Notes: generated by a model not told the origin, from the letters alone. A DNA stretch of 28,705 nucleotides from an uncultured Phycisphaerales bacterium (GCA_964434515.1 CAYSWE010000001.1:1-28705); one strand, 5' to 3'. Counted from the stretch's first letter, positions 16,015-25,292 are shown. Numbers and translations are program-made.

Positions 16015-16650
16015 GTGAGTACCCAGGGCGATTCTGACCACGATCCCGCCGACCGAGATCCAATCGCGGCCGGGCTTGGATCCTCGCGTCGCGTTCTCTC
16101 GCGGGCGAGCGACGAGGAGCTGATGGTCTGCGTCAGCCGCGGCGACTTGCCGGCTTATGAGCACCTGGTCGAGCGCTACAAGGTTGGTGTCTACAGCCTG
16201 TGCTACCAGATCCTGCGTTGCCGTGAGGACGCCGAGGAGGCGAGTCAGGACACGTTTATCAAGGCTTACCGCGCGCGGGCAACCTACGACCCGGAGCGTG
16301 CGGTTGCACCTTGGCTGCTGCGCATCGCCAGCAACGCAGCGCGCGACATCCTGCGCAAGCGCCACACGCGCGTCGTGGTCAACTCCGATCTACTCCTCGC
16401 CGAGTCCGATCGCATCCCCGACACCAAGCAGGACGAAGCCAGTCAGCGCATGGACAGCGAGGAGGTCTATCAAGCGCTGGGGGATCTGAGCGAGGACTAT
16501 CGGTTGCCGCTGGTGCTCAAGTACCTGCATGGCCTCACCAATCAAGAAATCGCTGACTCGATGGGGATGTCGCTCTCCAGTCTCAAGGTGCGATTGAGTC
16601 GCGCCCGAGAGATCCTGCACTCTCGGCTGTGGCGGAGGTGGGACCAATGA
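16015..16650 (+). CDS. ECF (sigma-70 group 4) RNA polymerase sigma factor
   Basis: Region 2: DAEEASQDTFIKAY and PWLLRIASNAARD. Region 4: LSEDYRLPLVLKYLHGLTNQEIADSMGMSLSSLKVRLSRAREIL. ATGA overlap with the next gene. Confidence 0.93.
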   Translation: MSTQGDSDHDPADRDPIAAGLGSSRRVLSRASDEELMVCVSRGDLPAYEHLVERYKVGVYSLCYQILRCREDAEEASQDTFIKAYRARATYDPERAVAPWLLRIASNAARDILRKRHTRVVVNSDLLLAESDRIPDTKQDEASQRMDSEEVYQALGDLSEDYRLPLVLKYLHGLTNQEIADSMGMSLSSLKVRLSRAREILHSRLWRRWDQ

Positions 16651-19331
16651 CTGCGCGCGATGCCTGTCGTGCGGTTCGTGGCCTGTTGTTCGCGTACTGC
16701 GACAGCGAGCTGACGCCGGTGCAACGGGAGCAGGTCGATGAGCATGTGACCGCTTGCCGTTCGTGTGGGATGGAGCTGTCGCGTTGCGAGCTCGAGCTCA
16801 TGCGCTTGCGTGAGGTGCTCGTGCCGATGGAGCCGACGGCGCAGTTCACGCAAAACGTCATGGAGAGCGTGCGCGAGATCGTCGCCCGCGAGGCAGCGCA
16901 CGCGCCGCCGCAAGGCTTCACGCGCAAGGTCATGGACCGGGTGCGCGAGGAGGCGGGGGTTTCGCCGACGCCGTCGAGACTCGGGCGGTGGGGATTGCGC
17001 AGCTGGAGCGCGCGGCCTCACGCTGGGCCTCACGCTGGGGCGCACGCGGGGGCGCACGCTGGAGGCCGTCGTCCGCTGGGGGCCCGCGTACTCATCGCAG
17101 CTGCGGCCGTCCTGCTCGCGGTGATCTCGGTCGTGATCGCGTTGCGCAATCCAGCTGGCGAAACTGGTGCTGTACGCGCCGATTGGATTGTGGCCAGTGT
17201 TGTTGGTAGCGATGGGCTTGGTAGCGACGTTCTTGGTAGCGACGTTCTTGGTAGCGACGCTGCAGGGATCGTGCAGGCGGGCAACGTCCTCGACGTCCAA
17301 CATCGGTTTCACTGGGACGACGAACTCGTCGTGGTCGAGGCTCGCTCGGCCGGATCCGGAGACGGGCGTTGGCGCATCGAGTTTCGTGGACGAACCCAGG
17401 TCGAGTTCGTCGCGCGAGGTCACCTGCGGGTTGACGAAGGCGATGTGCGGTTGGTGCGCATGGAAGGTTCCGCTCCGATCCTTCTCGAAGGGCCGAGTGG
17501 TGAGTTCCTGCGAATGACGGGTAGCGCGCGTGACCCCGAATCGACCGAGCCAGGGGCCGGTGACTTCGACGTCGAAATCGACCGCGTCGAGCATGAGAGT
17601 GGCGCGCTGGCCGCCACCGGGCTGCGACGCGTGCGGCTGCGTGTTCGCGAGGGGCGGGTCTCGCTTCGCCAATCGGCGTTGGCCGACCCCGTGGTGGTGG
17701 ATGCCGGGTTCCAGGCGTGGCTGGAGCCGCTGCGGCCGCTGCGCATCGAGCCGCTTCATGGCAGGGCGCTCCGTGAGCGCCCGGTCGCGGCCAGCAAGCC
17801 CGTGCGTCCTGCGCGCGAGCTGCACATTCGTGGCTATGTGACCGACGTCGAGCGCAATGGCGTTGGCGGCGCGCGTGTGACGCTGCACGTCCATGGCAGG
17901 GGGCCGACGGAGGTCCTCGCTCGCGCCGATGGACTGTTCGACCTGCGAGCGGAGTTGCCGCGGATGACTCGTGAGACTCCGGAGAGGGAGATGTGGTTGT
18001 CGGCGCGGGCTGACGATCGCGACGACCTCGCGATGGTTCCGTTCCACCCATTGACGCGACGGCCCGAGGCTGGCGAGGTCCTGTTCGAGTCGGTGCAGCT
18101 CACTCGTTCGCAGAAGTTCCGTGGGCGTGTGGTCGCGGCCGCCGGTGCGCCGGTGCGCGACGCGAGGGTGCGGGTTCTGCGCTATGACTCGTTCTTTGGG
18201 CGGGCGCGGTTCTTGACACAATCCGATGCGCACACGGATGGCGCTGGACGTTTTCGGCTCTCCAGGTTGGTGCGCGAGCGTCGCGGTGAGACGACGGTTC
18301 TTTTGATCGAGCCCAAAGGGGCGCCGCCGTATGCTGCCTACGGGCTGTTGTCGGGAGTTCTGGCGCAGGGTGGCGGGGAGCACGTCGTGCGGGTTTCGGC
18401 GCCGCGCCAGGTCGAACTGCGCGTTCTGGATTCAGGTTCACGATTCGTTTGGGTCGAGCGCCGTCCTGCTGGGCCGGCCGGCCGCTTCTATCGGAACGTC
18501 GAGAAGCTTGCGTTGGCCCCGTCGGCGCGGACACTGCACGTGGAGATCGGTGCGGGCGAGCGAGTGCGCTGGTGGGAGGACCGTGGGACCGGTTCGCCAG
18601 TGCTCGGGCATGAGGCCAAAATCGCGCAGATCCCTACTGGTTCGGCCAGTGAGCAAGGCGTCGCCTTGCTGGAGCAGCCGTTTGCCGACCTGCCTCCCGC
18701 GGCGACGACTCCTACGGCCGCAGGGGCCGAGTTTGTGCCACTGCCGGGCCTGACGGCGTCGCTGTACGGGCGTTTCGGTCCGCGGCGCGGCTCGTCCAGG
18801 CACCGCGCAGCGCGGGGCCTGGCGCAGGTTTCGGTGCACTTGCTCGAGACATCGCTGGCGCGAGTTGCGGGTGCGCAGGTCTTTGTTCGTGTCGACGATG
18901 GACCGGCGTACTTTGTTGGCTGGAGTGATCAAGACGGCGCGATCGACCTGGGGCGGTTGCCTGTGGGGTCGCATGTGATGGCCTTGGCCGTGCAGGAGCG
19001 TCCCGCCGTCGGGCTGGGCGCCCACCGCTTCGTGGTTGGCGCGACCGACTCGAGCCAGCTGATCACGGTGAGTTCGACCCGGGGCATTCGGGGGCGTGGC
19101 CTCTCGGCTTTGGCGGGTGCCGCCTTCGCCAACGCGTTCGCCGAGCTTGCGGTCGTGAGCGGTCCGTTCCAGGGCTTCACCACGGGTGTCTCGATCGGTG
19201 CCGACGGGAGTTTGGACGCCGTGGATGTTCCGCCCGGAAAGGTGCAGGTGCGCGTCGGCAACCGGCGGGTCGAGGTCGACAACCGCTACGGTGAGGTCGA
19301 GCTACCCGATCCCAAGGAGTGGGGGCGGTAG
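16647..19331 (+). CDS. Large membrane-anchored zinc-binding anti-sigma factor (zf-HC2) with a long extracytoplasmic beta-rich region; 894 aa
   Basis: ATG 16647 is coupled to the sigma stop. Contains EHVTACRSC (HxxxCxxC), one TM segment (VLIAAAAVLLAVISVVIAL), a FecR-like strand pattern, then IRGYVTD...V.GARV.L and FRGRVV..AG.PV.DARV.V repeats (carboxypeptidase-regulatory/transthyretin-like). Confidence 0.85.
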   Translation: MTARDACRAVRGLLFAYCDSELTPVQREQVDEHVTACRSCGMELSRCELELMRLREVLVPMEPTAQFTQNVMESVREIVAREAAHAPPQGFTRKVMDRVREEAGVSPTPSRLGRWGLRSWSARPHAGPHAGAHAGAHAGGRRPLGARVLIAAAAVLLAVISVVIALRNPAGETGAVRADWIVASVVGSDGLGSDVLGSDVLGSDAAGIVQAGNVLDVQHRFHWDDELVVVEARSAGSGDGRWRIEFRGRTQVEFVARGHLRVDEGDVRLVRMEGSAPILLEGPSGEFLRMTGSARDPESTEPGAGDFDVEIDRVEHESGALAATGLRRVRLRVREGRVSLRQSALADPVVVDAGFQAWLEPLRPLRIEPLHGRALRERPVAASKPVRPARELHIRGYVTDVERNGVGGARVTLHVHGRGPTEVLARADGLFDLRAELPRMTRETPEREMWLSARADDRDDLAMVPFHPLTRRPEAGEVLFESVQLTRSQKFRGRVVAAAGAPVRDARVRVLRYDSFFGRARFLTQSDAHTDGAGRFRLSRLVRERRGETTVLLIEPKGAPPYAAYGLLSGVLAQGGGEHVVRVSAPRQVELRVLDSGSRFVWVERRPAGPAGRFYRNVEKLALAPSARTLHVEIGAGERVRWWEDRGTGSPVLGHEAKIAQIPTGSASEQGVALLEQPFADLPPAATTPTAAGAEFVPLPGLTASLYGRFGPRRGSSRHRAARGLAQVSVHLLETSLARVAGAQVFVRVDDGPAYFVGWSDQDGAIDLGRLPVGSHVMALAVQERPAVGLGAHRFVVGATDSSQLITVSSTRGIRGRGLSALAGAAFANAFAELAVVSGPFQGFTTGVSIGADGSLDAVDVPPGKVQVRVGNRRVEVDNRYGEVELPDPKEWGR
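17016..17063 (+). repeat. In-frame 12-nt tandem repeat x4 (PHAG-PHAG-AHAG-AHAG)
   Basis: cctcacgctggg cctcacgctggg gcgcacgcgggg gcgcacgctgga. Confidence 0.85.
17202..17261 (+). repeat. In-frame 15-nt tandem repeat x4 (VGSDG-LGSDV-LGSDV-LGSDA)
   Basis: gttggtagcgatggg cttggtagcgacgtt cttggtagcgacgtt cttggtagcgacgct. Confidence 0.9.
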
Positions 19332-19351
19332 CCGCCCTCACTCCCGAGGCC

Positions 19352-20722
19352 ATGGTGCTGATGTCGGGAGCCACCGAACGTCCGTCGCCATTCGATACGA
19401 TCTATGCGTTCGCCACGCCCGGTGGCGTGGCGCGGCGCGGCGTCTTGCGCATCTCGGGACCGCTGGCGTTGTCCGTGGTGCACGAGCTCTCCGGCGAGGA
19501 GTTGCCGCGCACGCGCAGCGCGCAACGTCGCCAGCTGCGGCTCTGGGGTGAGTTCCACAGCGTCGCCCTGCCGGCCATGTGCTTGGTGTTCCCCGGGCCC
19601 GCTTCTTACACTGGAGAAGACATCGTCGAGCTACATTCGGTGAGTTCGCCGCCGATCGCCGAGCTGCTCGCGGAACAACTGCGAAGGCGCGGTGTTCGGC
19701 GTGCTGAACGCGGCGAGTTCACGCGGCGCGCCTTTCAGAATGGCAAGCTTGGCCTCGCCCAGGCGGAGGCCGTGATTGCGTTCATCCGTGCACGGGACGA
19801 CGAGTCGCTGCGGCGCGCCGGGGCTCTCCTGCTCGAGGACAGCAACGTCGCTGCCAATGGGTTGCGCGAGCGGTTGCTCGGTGTCTTGGCGCTCTTGGAG
19901 GGCGGGCTCGACTTCGAGGCGTTTGAGACTGGCGCAGTCGAGGTCGAGGCATGGTTACCGGAGCTGCGCAGCATCGCACGCACGCTCGCCGGCCAGTGCG
20001 CGCAGAGCGCTGCCGTTGGGGCCGAGACCGCGCTGCCGAGCTTTGTGTTGCTCGGGCCTGCGAACGCAGGCAAGACGAGTCTGTGGAATCTGCTGCGGGA
20101 TCCCGAGACGGCCTTTGCGGGCCTTGTTTCCGACATGGCCGGGACGACTCGGGACCTGCGCTGGGCGGTTTGCGGGATGGGCCGTTATCGGCTTGCGGAC
20201 TCGCCGGGACGCGATGTCCATCGGGATGCGGGCGAGGATCAGGAGCTACGGATTCTTCGGCAGGAGCTCGCGCTGACGGATGGCTATGTCTGGATGAGCC
20301 CGGCCGATGCGCCTATGGCACCGCCCACCGAGCTCGGGACACCGTTGCTGCTAGTCAACTCGCGGTCGGACCTGACGGACCCTGGCGGCGTGTCCGCGGG
20401 GGGGCAGGCCTTTGGCGATGCTTCGGAGTTGGCCTGTTCGGTGCGCACCGGGCATGGCGTTGCCGAGCTGCGTGCAGCATTCCAGAGCATGGGCCGGCGC
20501 GGGACGTGGGCGGAGGACTGGGCCAGCCTTGTGCGCGGTCGCCTGCGCGAGGCGCGCGATGCGGCCGCGCGCGCCACGGCATCGGCCGAGGCGGGCCTCG
20601 GCGCCGAATGTGTCGCCGCGGAATTGCACGACGCGGTCGCCGCGCTCGATCCCGTCGATGCCGCGGCGGTGCCGGAGGCGCTGCTCGATCGGATCTTCGC
20701 GAGCTTCTGCCTCGGCAAGTAG
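19352..20722 (+). CDS. mnmE: tRNA modification GTPase MnmE (TrmE)
   Basis: DTIYAFATP, SYTGEDIVE, AE.GEFTRRAF.NGKL.L.QAEAV, G1 GPANAGKTS, G2 VSD.AGTTRD and C-terminal IFASFCLGK. Start is ATG 19352 or 19361. Confidence 0.92.
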   Translation: MVLMSGATERPSPFDTIYAFATPGGVARRGVLRISGPLALSVVHELSGEELPRTRSAQRRQLRLWGEFHSVALPAMCLVFPGPASYTGEDIVELHSVSSPPIAELLAEQLRRRGVRRAERGEFTRRAFQNGKLGLAQAEAVIAFIRARDDESLRRAGALLLEDSNVAANGLRERLLGVLALLEGGLDFEAFETGAVEVEAWLPELRSIARTLAGQCAQSAAVGAETALPSFVLLGPANAGKTSLWNLLRDPETAFAGLVSDMAGTTRDLRWAVCGMGRYRLADSPGRDVHRDAGEDQELRILRQELALTDGYVWMSPADAPMAPPTELGTPLLLVNSRSDLTDPGGVSAGGQAFGDASELACSVRTGHGVAELRAAFQSMGRRGTWAEDWASLVRGRLREARDAAARATASAEAGLGAECVAAELHDAVAALDPVDAAAVPEALLDRIFASFCLGK

Positions 20723-20910
20723 AGTGAGGATCGCTGCTTGCGGCAATCCGAGGCTGTGGTACGCTAGCGGCACCTCGGTGGATACCCACGCCGGCGAGGT
20801 GCCGGCGGGCGGCCGGCGTGCCCGACTTCGGGCCGCAGGGAACGTGGGCGAACCTTGATTCTTGTCCTGCCTTCTTTTCGAGGCTCCACAGAGAGGCTCT
20901 GTGCTTCGCG

Positions 20911-21393
20911 ATGCGCTGTCCCCACTGCAAAGCGGACAATGACCGCGTGGTCGATTCGCGGTCTTCCGCGGACGGCTTCACGATCCGACGCCGCCGGCAA
21001 TGTGCTGCCTGCGGCCGGCGCTTCACGACGTACGAGAAGGTCGAGGCCACGCCACTGCGCGTGGTCAAGAAGGACGGCTCGCGGGTTTCGTTCGACCGCG
21101 ATCGCATTCGCGATGGTCTGTTCCGGGCATGCCACAAACGGCCGGTGTCCAAGGAGCAGATCGAAGCGATCGTCGATCGGGTCGAGCGGCAATGCAGCGA
21201 AGCGTTCGATCGCGAGGTTCCGGCTGCGATGATTGGCAACCTCGTCATGATGGAGCTTCGCAGTCAGGATCAGGTCGCCTATGTCCGTTTCGCATCCGTC
21301 TATCGCGAGTTCAAGGATGTGACACAGTTCCTCGAGGAGCTGCGTCCTATGCTCGAGAAGAACCCGGACATCGAAGGCGAAGCTTCTGCTTGA
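20911..21393 (+). CDS. nrdR: Transcriptional repressor NrdR
   Basis: MRCPHC...VVDSR...[18 protein letters not shown] zinc ribbon; ATP-cone [13 protein letters not shown]; [15 protein letters not shown]. Confidence 0.97.
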   Translation: MRCPHCKADNDRVVDSRSSADGFTIRRRRQCAACGRRFTTYEKVEATPLRVVKKDGSRVSFDRDRIRDGLFRACHKRPVSKEQIEAIVDRVERQCSEAFDREVPAAMIGNLVMMELRSQDQVAYVRFASVYREFKDVTQFLEELRPMLEKNPDIEGEASA

Positions 21394-21434
21394 CGGCATT
21401 GCTTGACTTCGGCTGATCCACATCTGGATGACAG

Positions 21435-24400
21435 ATGCGACTGAAGCGACTCACGCTACATGGATTCAAGTCGTTCGCGGAGCGGACGGAGTTCGACTTT
21501 ACCGAAGGCTTGACCGGCATCATCGGGCCGAACGGGTGCGGTAAGTCCAACGTCGTTGATGCGATGAAGTGGGTGCTGGGTGACCAACGCCCCTCGAGTC
21601 AGCGCAGCAAGGAGATGCTGGACGTCGTGTTCCACGGTGCCGAGGGGCGTCCCGGGATGGGCCACGCCGAGGTCACGTTGGTGCTCGAGCTCGGCACGGC
21701 CGATCCGTATGGCGATGGCCCGGGGCCGGATGCTGTGCGGCCGGATGCTGGGCGGCCGGATGCTGGGCGACCGGATGACCTGGACGCCCGCGTCGAGATG
21801 ACGGTGGGGCGGCGCTTGTTTCGCACGGGCGAAAGTGAGTACCTGCTCAACAATCAAGTCGTCCGGCTGAAGGACATCAAGGACGCGTTGCTCGATACCG
21901 GCCTTGGAGTCGGCGGTTACTCCGTGATGGAGCAAGGCCGGATCGACGCCGTGCTCTCCGCCAATCCCGATGATCGGCGAGCGATCTTCGACGAGGCCGC
22001 CGGGATCAGTCGCTACAAGGTCCGCCGCAAGGAAGCGCTCCGCAAGCTCGATCGGACCGAGCTGAACCTGGCGCGCGTCCTGGATATGCGGCAGGAGAAG
22101 GCGAGCCGTGTGCGATCACTCAAGGTCCAAGCCACGCGCGCTCGGAGCTACCGGGAGACCAGCGAGCGGCTCATGGCGTTGCGCGTCTCGCTGGCCGTCC
22201 TCGATTCGATTCAGCTACGGGCCAAGCTCGACGAGGTCGAGTCGGAGTTCGAGGGCTTGTCCGATGCGGTCGCCCGGTTCGAGAGCCAGCGTGAGGCGGG
22301 CCGCGCCGAACTCGCCGAGTCCGAGGCCGAGGCACGTGCGTTGGTGGCGCGGCTGGCCGAGTTGCGCGCGGTGGCCGCCGAACTTCGTAGCGAAGAGCGC
22401 AGCCGGCGGGAGGGGCTGGAGAGCGCAACGGCCCAGACCAAGAGCCTGGACGAGACGGCGACGCGGTGTGCGGCCGAGGCCGAGGCCGTGCGGGAGACTG
22501 TCACGCGCAATCAGCAGGATCTCGAGGAACTCGTGCGCCAGGAGGATGAGCTGGCACGGTGTCTCGAGGGTGCGGTTGCCGACCTACCGGGGCTCACCAG
22601 GGTCGCTACCGAGACGCGCGCGGCATTCAAGAATGCCCAGCGCGAACGCGAGCGCGTCCAGTCGAGGATTCTGGAGTCCATGCACGAGCGTACGCGTGCC
22701 AAGAACCTCGTGCGCGACGAGGAACTGCGCATTCGAACCGTCGACGCCGGACACGAGCGCCTTGCGGCGCAGCTCGCGGAGGTTGGGCGCAAGCTCAGCG
22801 ACAGTCGCCGCGAGGGCGCGCGCGAGACGCGTATTCATACCGATCTCACCGAGCGGCTCGAGCGTTTGCGCCGCACGGTCGAGGCGCACGCGCAGCGACT
22901 CGGCGCCGACGAGGCCGATCGCGCGGCGGCGGTCGTGCACCGGCACGAGCTCGTCGCGCGGCGATCCGCGCTTAGCTCTCAAGTGGCCGTGCTGGAAGAG
23001 CTCGAGGCTTCGCGCACGGGATTCGACGACGCCGCGCGCGAGCTGATCGAGTCCGGCGATGGCGTCGTTGGCAGTCTGGTCGAGCTGCTGGACTGCCCGG
23101 TCGAGATTGGACCGGCGCTGGAGGCCGTGTTGGGCGCGCGCGTGCAGGCTCTGGTGCTCGAGGATCGCGCTCGCGTGCATGGGGCGCTCGATGCGCTTGC
23201 GGCGCGCGATGGCGGTGGCAGCCTGGTGCTCGTCGACCTCGCTGCGGCGCCTAGCGGCACGTCGGATGCCGCGGTGCATCGCTCGCTCGCCGCGCTCGAG
23301 GCCAGCCCCGATGGCTTGGCGCTCGCGTCGTTTTGCCGGGTGGACCCGCGCGTTCGTGGGTTGATCGACGCGATGCTGGCGGACGTCGTGCTCGTGCAGG
23401 ATCTCGCCGCGGCCGAGCGGCTGCGCGAGTCGGGCCAGACGTTTGTGACTCTGCGGGGCGAGGTCATGGATGGTGCCTGGTTCTGCGGCGGCAAGGCCGA
23501 GGTTTCCGCTGGGCTCTTGCAGCGGCGTGCGAGTCTGGAGAGCCTGCGCGACGAGCTTGGGCACATGGATGGCGAGCTCGATGAGGCGCACGCTGCCGAG
23601 GCTTCGCTCGAGGGCGTGTTGGCGCGACGGGCGCGGCAGGGACGGCGGCTCGACGGGCTGACCGACGTGTTGGTTTCCAAGCAGACGGCAACCTGGCACA
23701 TGCTCCAAGCGCGTGAGCGGCGTGAGTCGGAGCTGGAAGAAGAGCTCGAGGCGGGCAGGGCCGAACTGCACTCGAGGAGTGGCGAACGAACCGAAGGCTT
23801 GGCGCGCATGATGACGCCGATGCTCGATTCGATGCTTTGCGAGCGGCGTGAGGCGCGGTTGGCCGATCAGCAGCGTGAGCTGAACGATGTCGTGCGTGAG
23901 CATGATCGCTTGGTGACGGAATCTCAGGATCGCTTGGCGGAGCTGCAGTCGCGCAAGGCGGGTCTCGATGCTCAGCTCGGTGGGTTGCGCGAACGGCGTG
24001 GGCTGCTGGAACGGACCCTGGCCGAGCTGGATGCGCGGGCTGCGACGCTGGGCCAGCAGGGCAAGCGCGCGCGCGAAGAGCAGACGCGTTTGGTCGGCGA
24101 CGTCGCGCGCTGGCGGGGCGAGTTGGCCGACTTTGCTTGTCGAGCAACGTTCACGGAAGATTTGGCGAAAACCGTCGCCGCGAGCGTCGAAGACCTGGAG
24201 CGAGGCACGGCCGCGCAGCGCTCGGCCGTCACCGAGTTTGAGGAGCAGCTCTTGGCCGCGAGGGAGGCTCGAGCCAAGGCCGAACTGGATGCCCGCGAGG
24301 TCGCGAGTCGGCTGCAGCGCATGGACGAAGAGATCCAGGAGGCCTACCGCGTCGATCTCGCGCGGGTGCGCGGCGATCATGACGGGCGTGGGCTCTGGGC

Positions 24401-25292
24401 CGCGAAGCCGTTCCTCGGACCCGAGCTGCCGCCCGATGGCGAGGTTCGCGAGCGCGTTCTGGCTGCCTCGATGCATGGCCCGCTCTTGCCTCCGGACTAC
24501 TACGAGCGCGAGGATTCGCTGCCCCGCTGGTTCGACGATCCCGAGTTCGTCCCCGACGACGCCAAGCGCGAGGTCGAGGTTCTGCGCGCGCGGATGCAGC
24601 GCATGGGTTCGGTCAATCTGGACGCAGAGGCGGAGCTCAAGGAGATCCAGGGCCAGTACGCGCAGCTGGAGCGGGATTGCACGGACCTCGAGGAGGCGCG
24701 CCGTGAGCTCATGAGCACGTTGCAGCGGATCAACGAGGAGTCGCGTGTTCTGTTCGAGCAGACGTTCGAGGCGGCGCGCAAAAACTTCCAAGAGATCTTC
24801 CGCAAGCTGTTCCAAGGCGGGCGTGCCGACATCCGGTTGGTCGAGACCGACGATCCGCTCGATGCCGGCATCGACATTTTCGCCCAACCACCTGGCAAGG
24901 AGCTGCGCTCGATTCGGTTGCTCTCTGGTGGCGAGCGTAGCCTGACGGCGTTGGCGATCCTGTTCGCGGTGTTTCAGATCAAGCCCTCGCCGTTTTGCAT
25001 CCTCGACGAGGTCGATGCGGCCCTCGACGAGACCAATGTCGAGCGGTTTTTGCGTGTGCTGAACGAGTTCACGGACAACACGCAGTTCCTGGTCGTAACC
25101 CACCACAAGCGCACCATGGCCGACTGCCGCGTGCTCTACGGTGTGACCATGCCGCGCAAGGGGATCTCGACGCGGATGTCCGTCAGCCTGGAGCAAGTCG
25201 AAAGCGGCGCCGTCGATGATGTCCTCGACGCCCGGCCGACCGGGCGCACGCCCCGCATCCGGCCCGCAGCCCAGGAGGCGAGCGAAGCCTAA
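21435..25292 (+). CDS. smc: Chromosome segregation protein SMC; 1285 aa
   Basis: GFKSFA, Walker A GPNGCGKSN, Q-loop EQGRID, coiled coils, hinge (GVVGSLVELL...ALEAVLG; VTLRGE), signature LSGGE, Walker B ILDEVDAALD and H-loop VTHH. Confidence 0.97.
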   Translation: MRLKRLTLHGFKSFAERTEFDFTEGLTGIIGPNGCGKSNVVDAMKWVLGDQRPSSQRSKEMLDVVFHGAEGRPGMGHAEVTLVLELGTADPYGDGPGPDAVRPDAGRPDAGRPDDLDARVEMTVGRRLFRTGESEYLLNNQVVRLKDIKDALLDTGLGVGGYSVMEQGRIDAVLSANPDDRRAIFDEAAGISRYKVRRKEALRKLDRTELNLARVLDMRQEKASRVRSLKVQATRARSYRETSERLMALRVSLAVLDSIQLRAKLDEVESEFEGLSDAVARFESQREAGRAELAESEAEARALVARLAELRAVAAELRSEERSRREGLESATAQTKSLDETATRCAAEAEAVRETVTRNQQDLEELVRQEDELARCLEGAVADLPGLTRVATETRAAFKNAQRERERVQSRILESMHERTRAKNLVRDEELRIRTVDAGHERLAAQLAEVGRKLSDSRREGARETRIHTDLTERLERLRRTVEAHAQRLGADEADRAAAVVHRHELVARRSALSSQVAVLEELEASRTGFDDAARELIESGDGVVGSLVELLDCPVEIGPALEAVLGARVQALVLEDRARVHGALDALAARDGGGSLVLVDLAAAPSGTSDAAVHRSLAALEASPDGLALASFCRVDPRVRGLIDAMLADVVLVQDLAAAERLRESGQTFVTLRGEVMDGAWFCGGKAEVSAGLLQRRASLESLRDELGHMDGELDEAHAAEASLEGVLARRARQGRRLDGLTDVLVSKQTATWHMLQARERRESELEEELEAGRAELHSRSGERTEGLARMMTPMLDSMLCERREARLADQQRELNDVVREHDRLVTESQDRLAELQSRKAGLDAQLGGLRERRGLLERTLAELDARAATLGQQGKRAREEQTRLVGDVARWRGELADFACRATFTEDLAKTVAASVEDLERGTAAQRSAVTEFEEQLLAAREARAKAELDAREVASRLQRMDEEIQEAYRVDLARVRGDHDGRGLWAAKPFLGPELPPDGEVRERVLAASMHGPLLPPDYYEREDSLPRWFDDPEFVPDDAKREVEVLRARMQRMGSVNLDAEAELKEIQGQYAQLERDCTDLEEARRELMSTLQRINEESRVLFEQTFEAARKNFQEIFRKLFQGGRADIRLVETDDPLDAGIDIFAQPPGKELRSIRLLSGGERSLTALAILFAVFQIKPSPFCILDEVDAALDETNVERFLRVLNEFTDNTQFLVVTHHKRTMADCRVLYGVTMPRKGISTRMSVSLEQVESGAVDDVLDARPTGRTPRIRPAAQEASEA
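21726..21779 (+). repeat. In-frame 15-nt tandem repeat x3.6 in smc (PDAVR-PDAGR-PDAGR-PDD)
   Basis: ccggatgctgtgcgg ccggatgctgggcgg ccggatgctgggcga ccggatgac. Confidence 0.88.

Noticed and set aside
17016-21779. Short direct repeats as a CRISPR array or mobile-element ends
   Set aside because: The units are 12-15 nt, contiguous without spacers and in frame inside genes. No cas, transposase or integrase genes are present.
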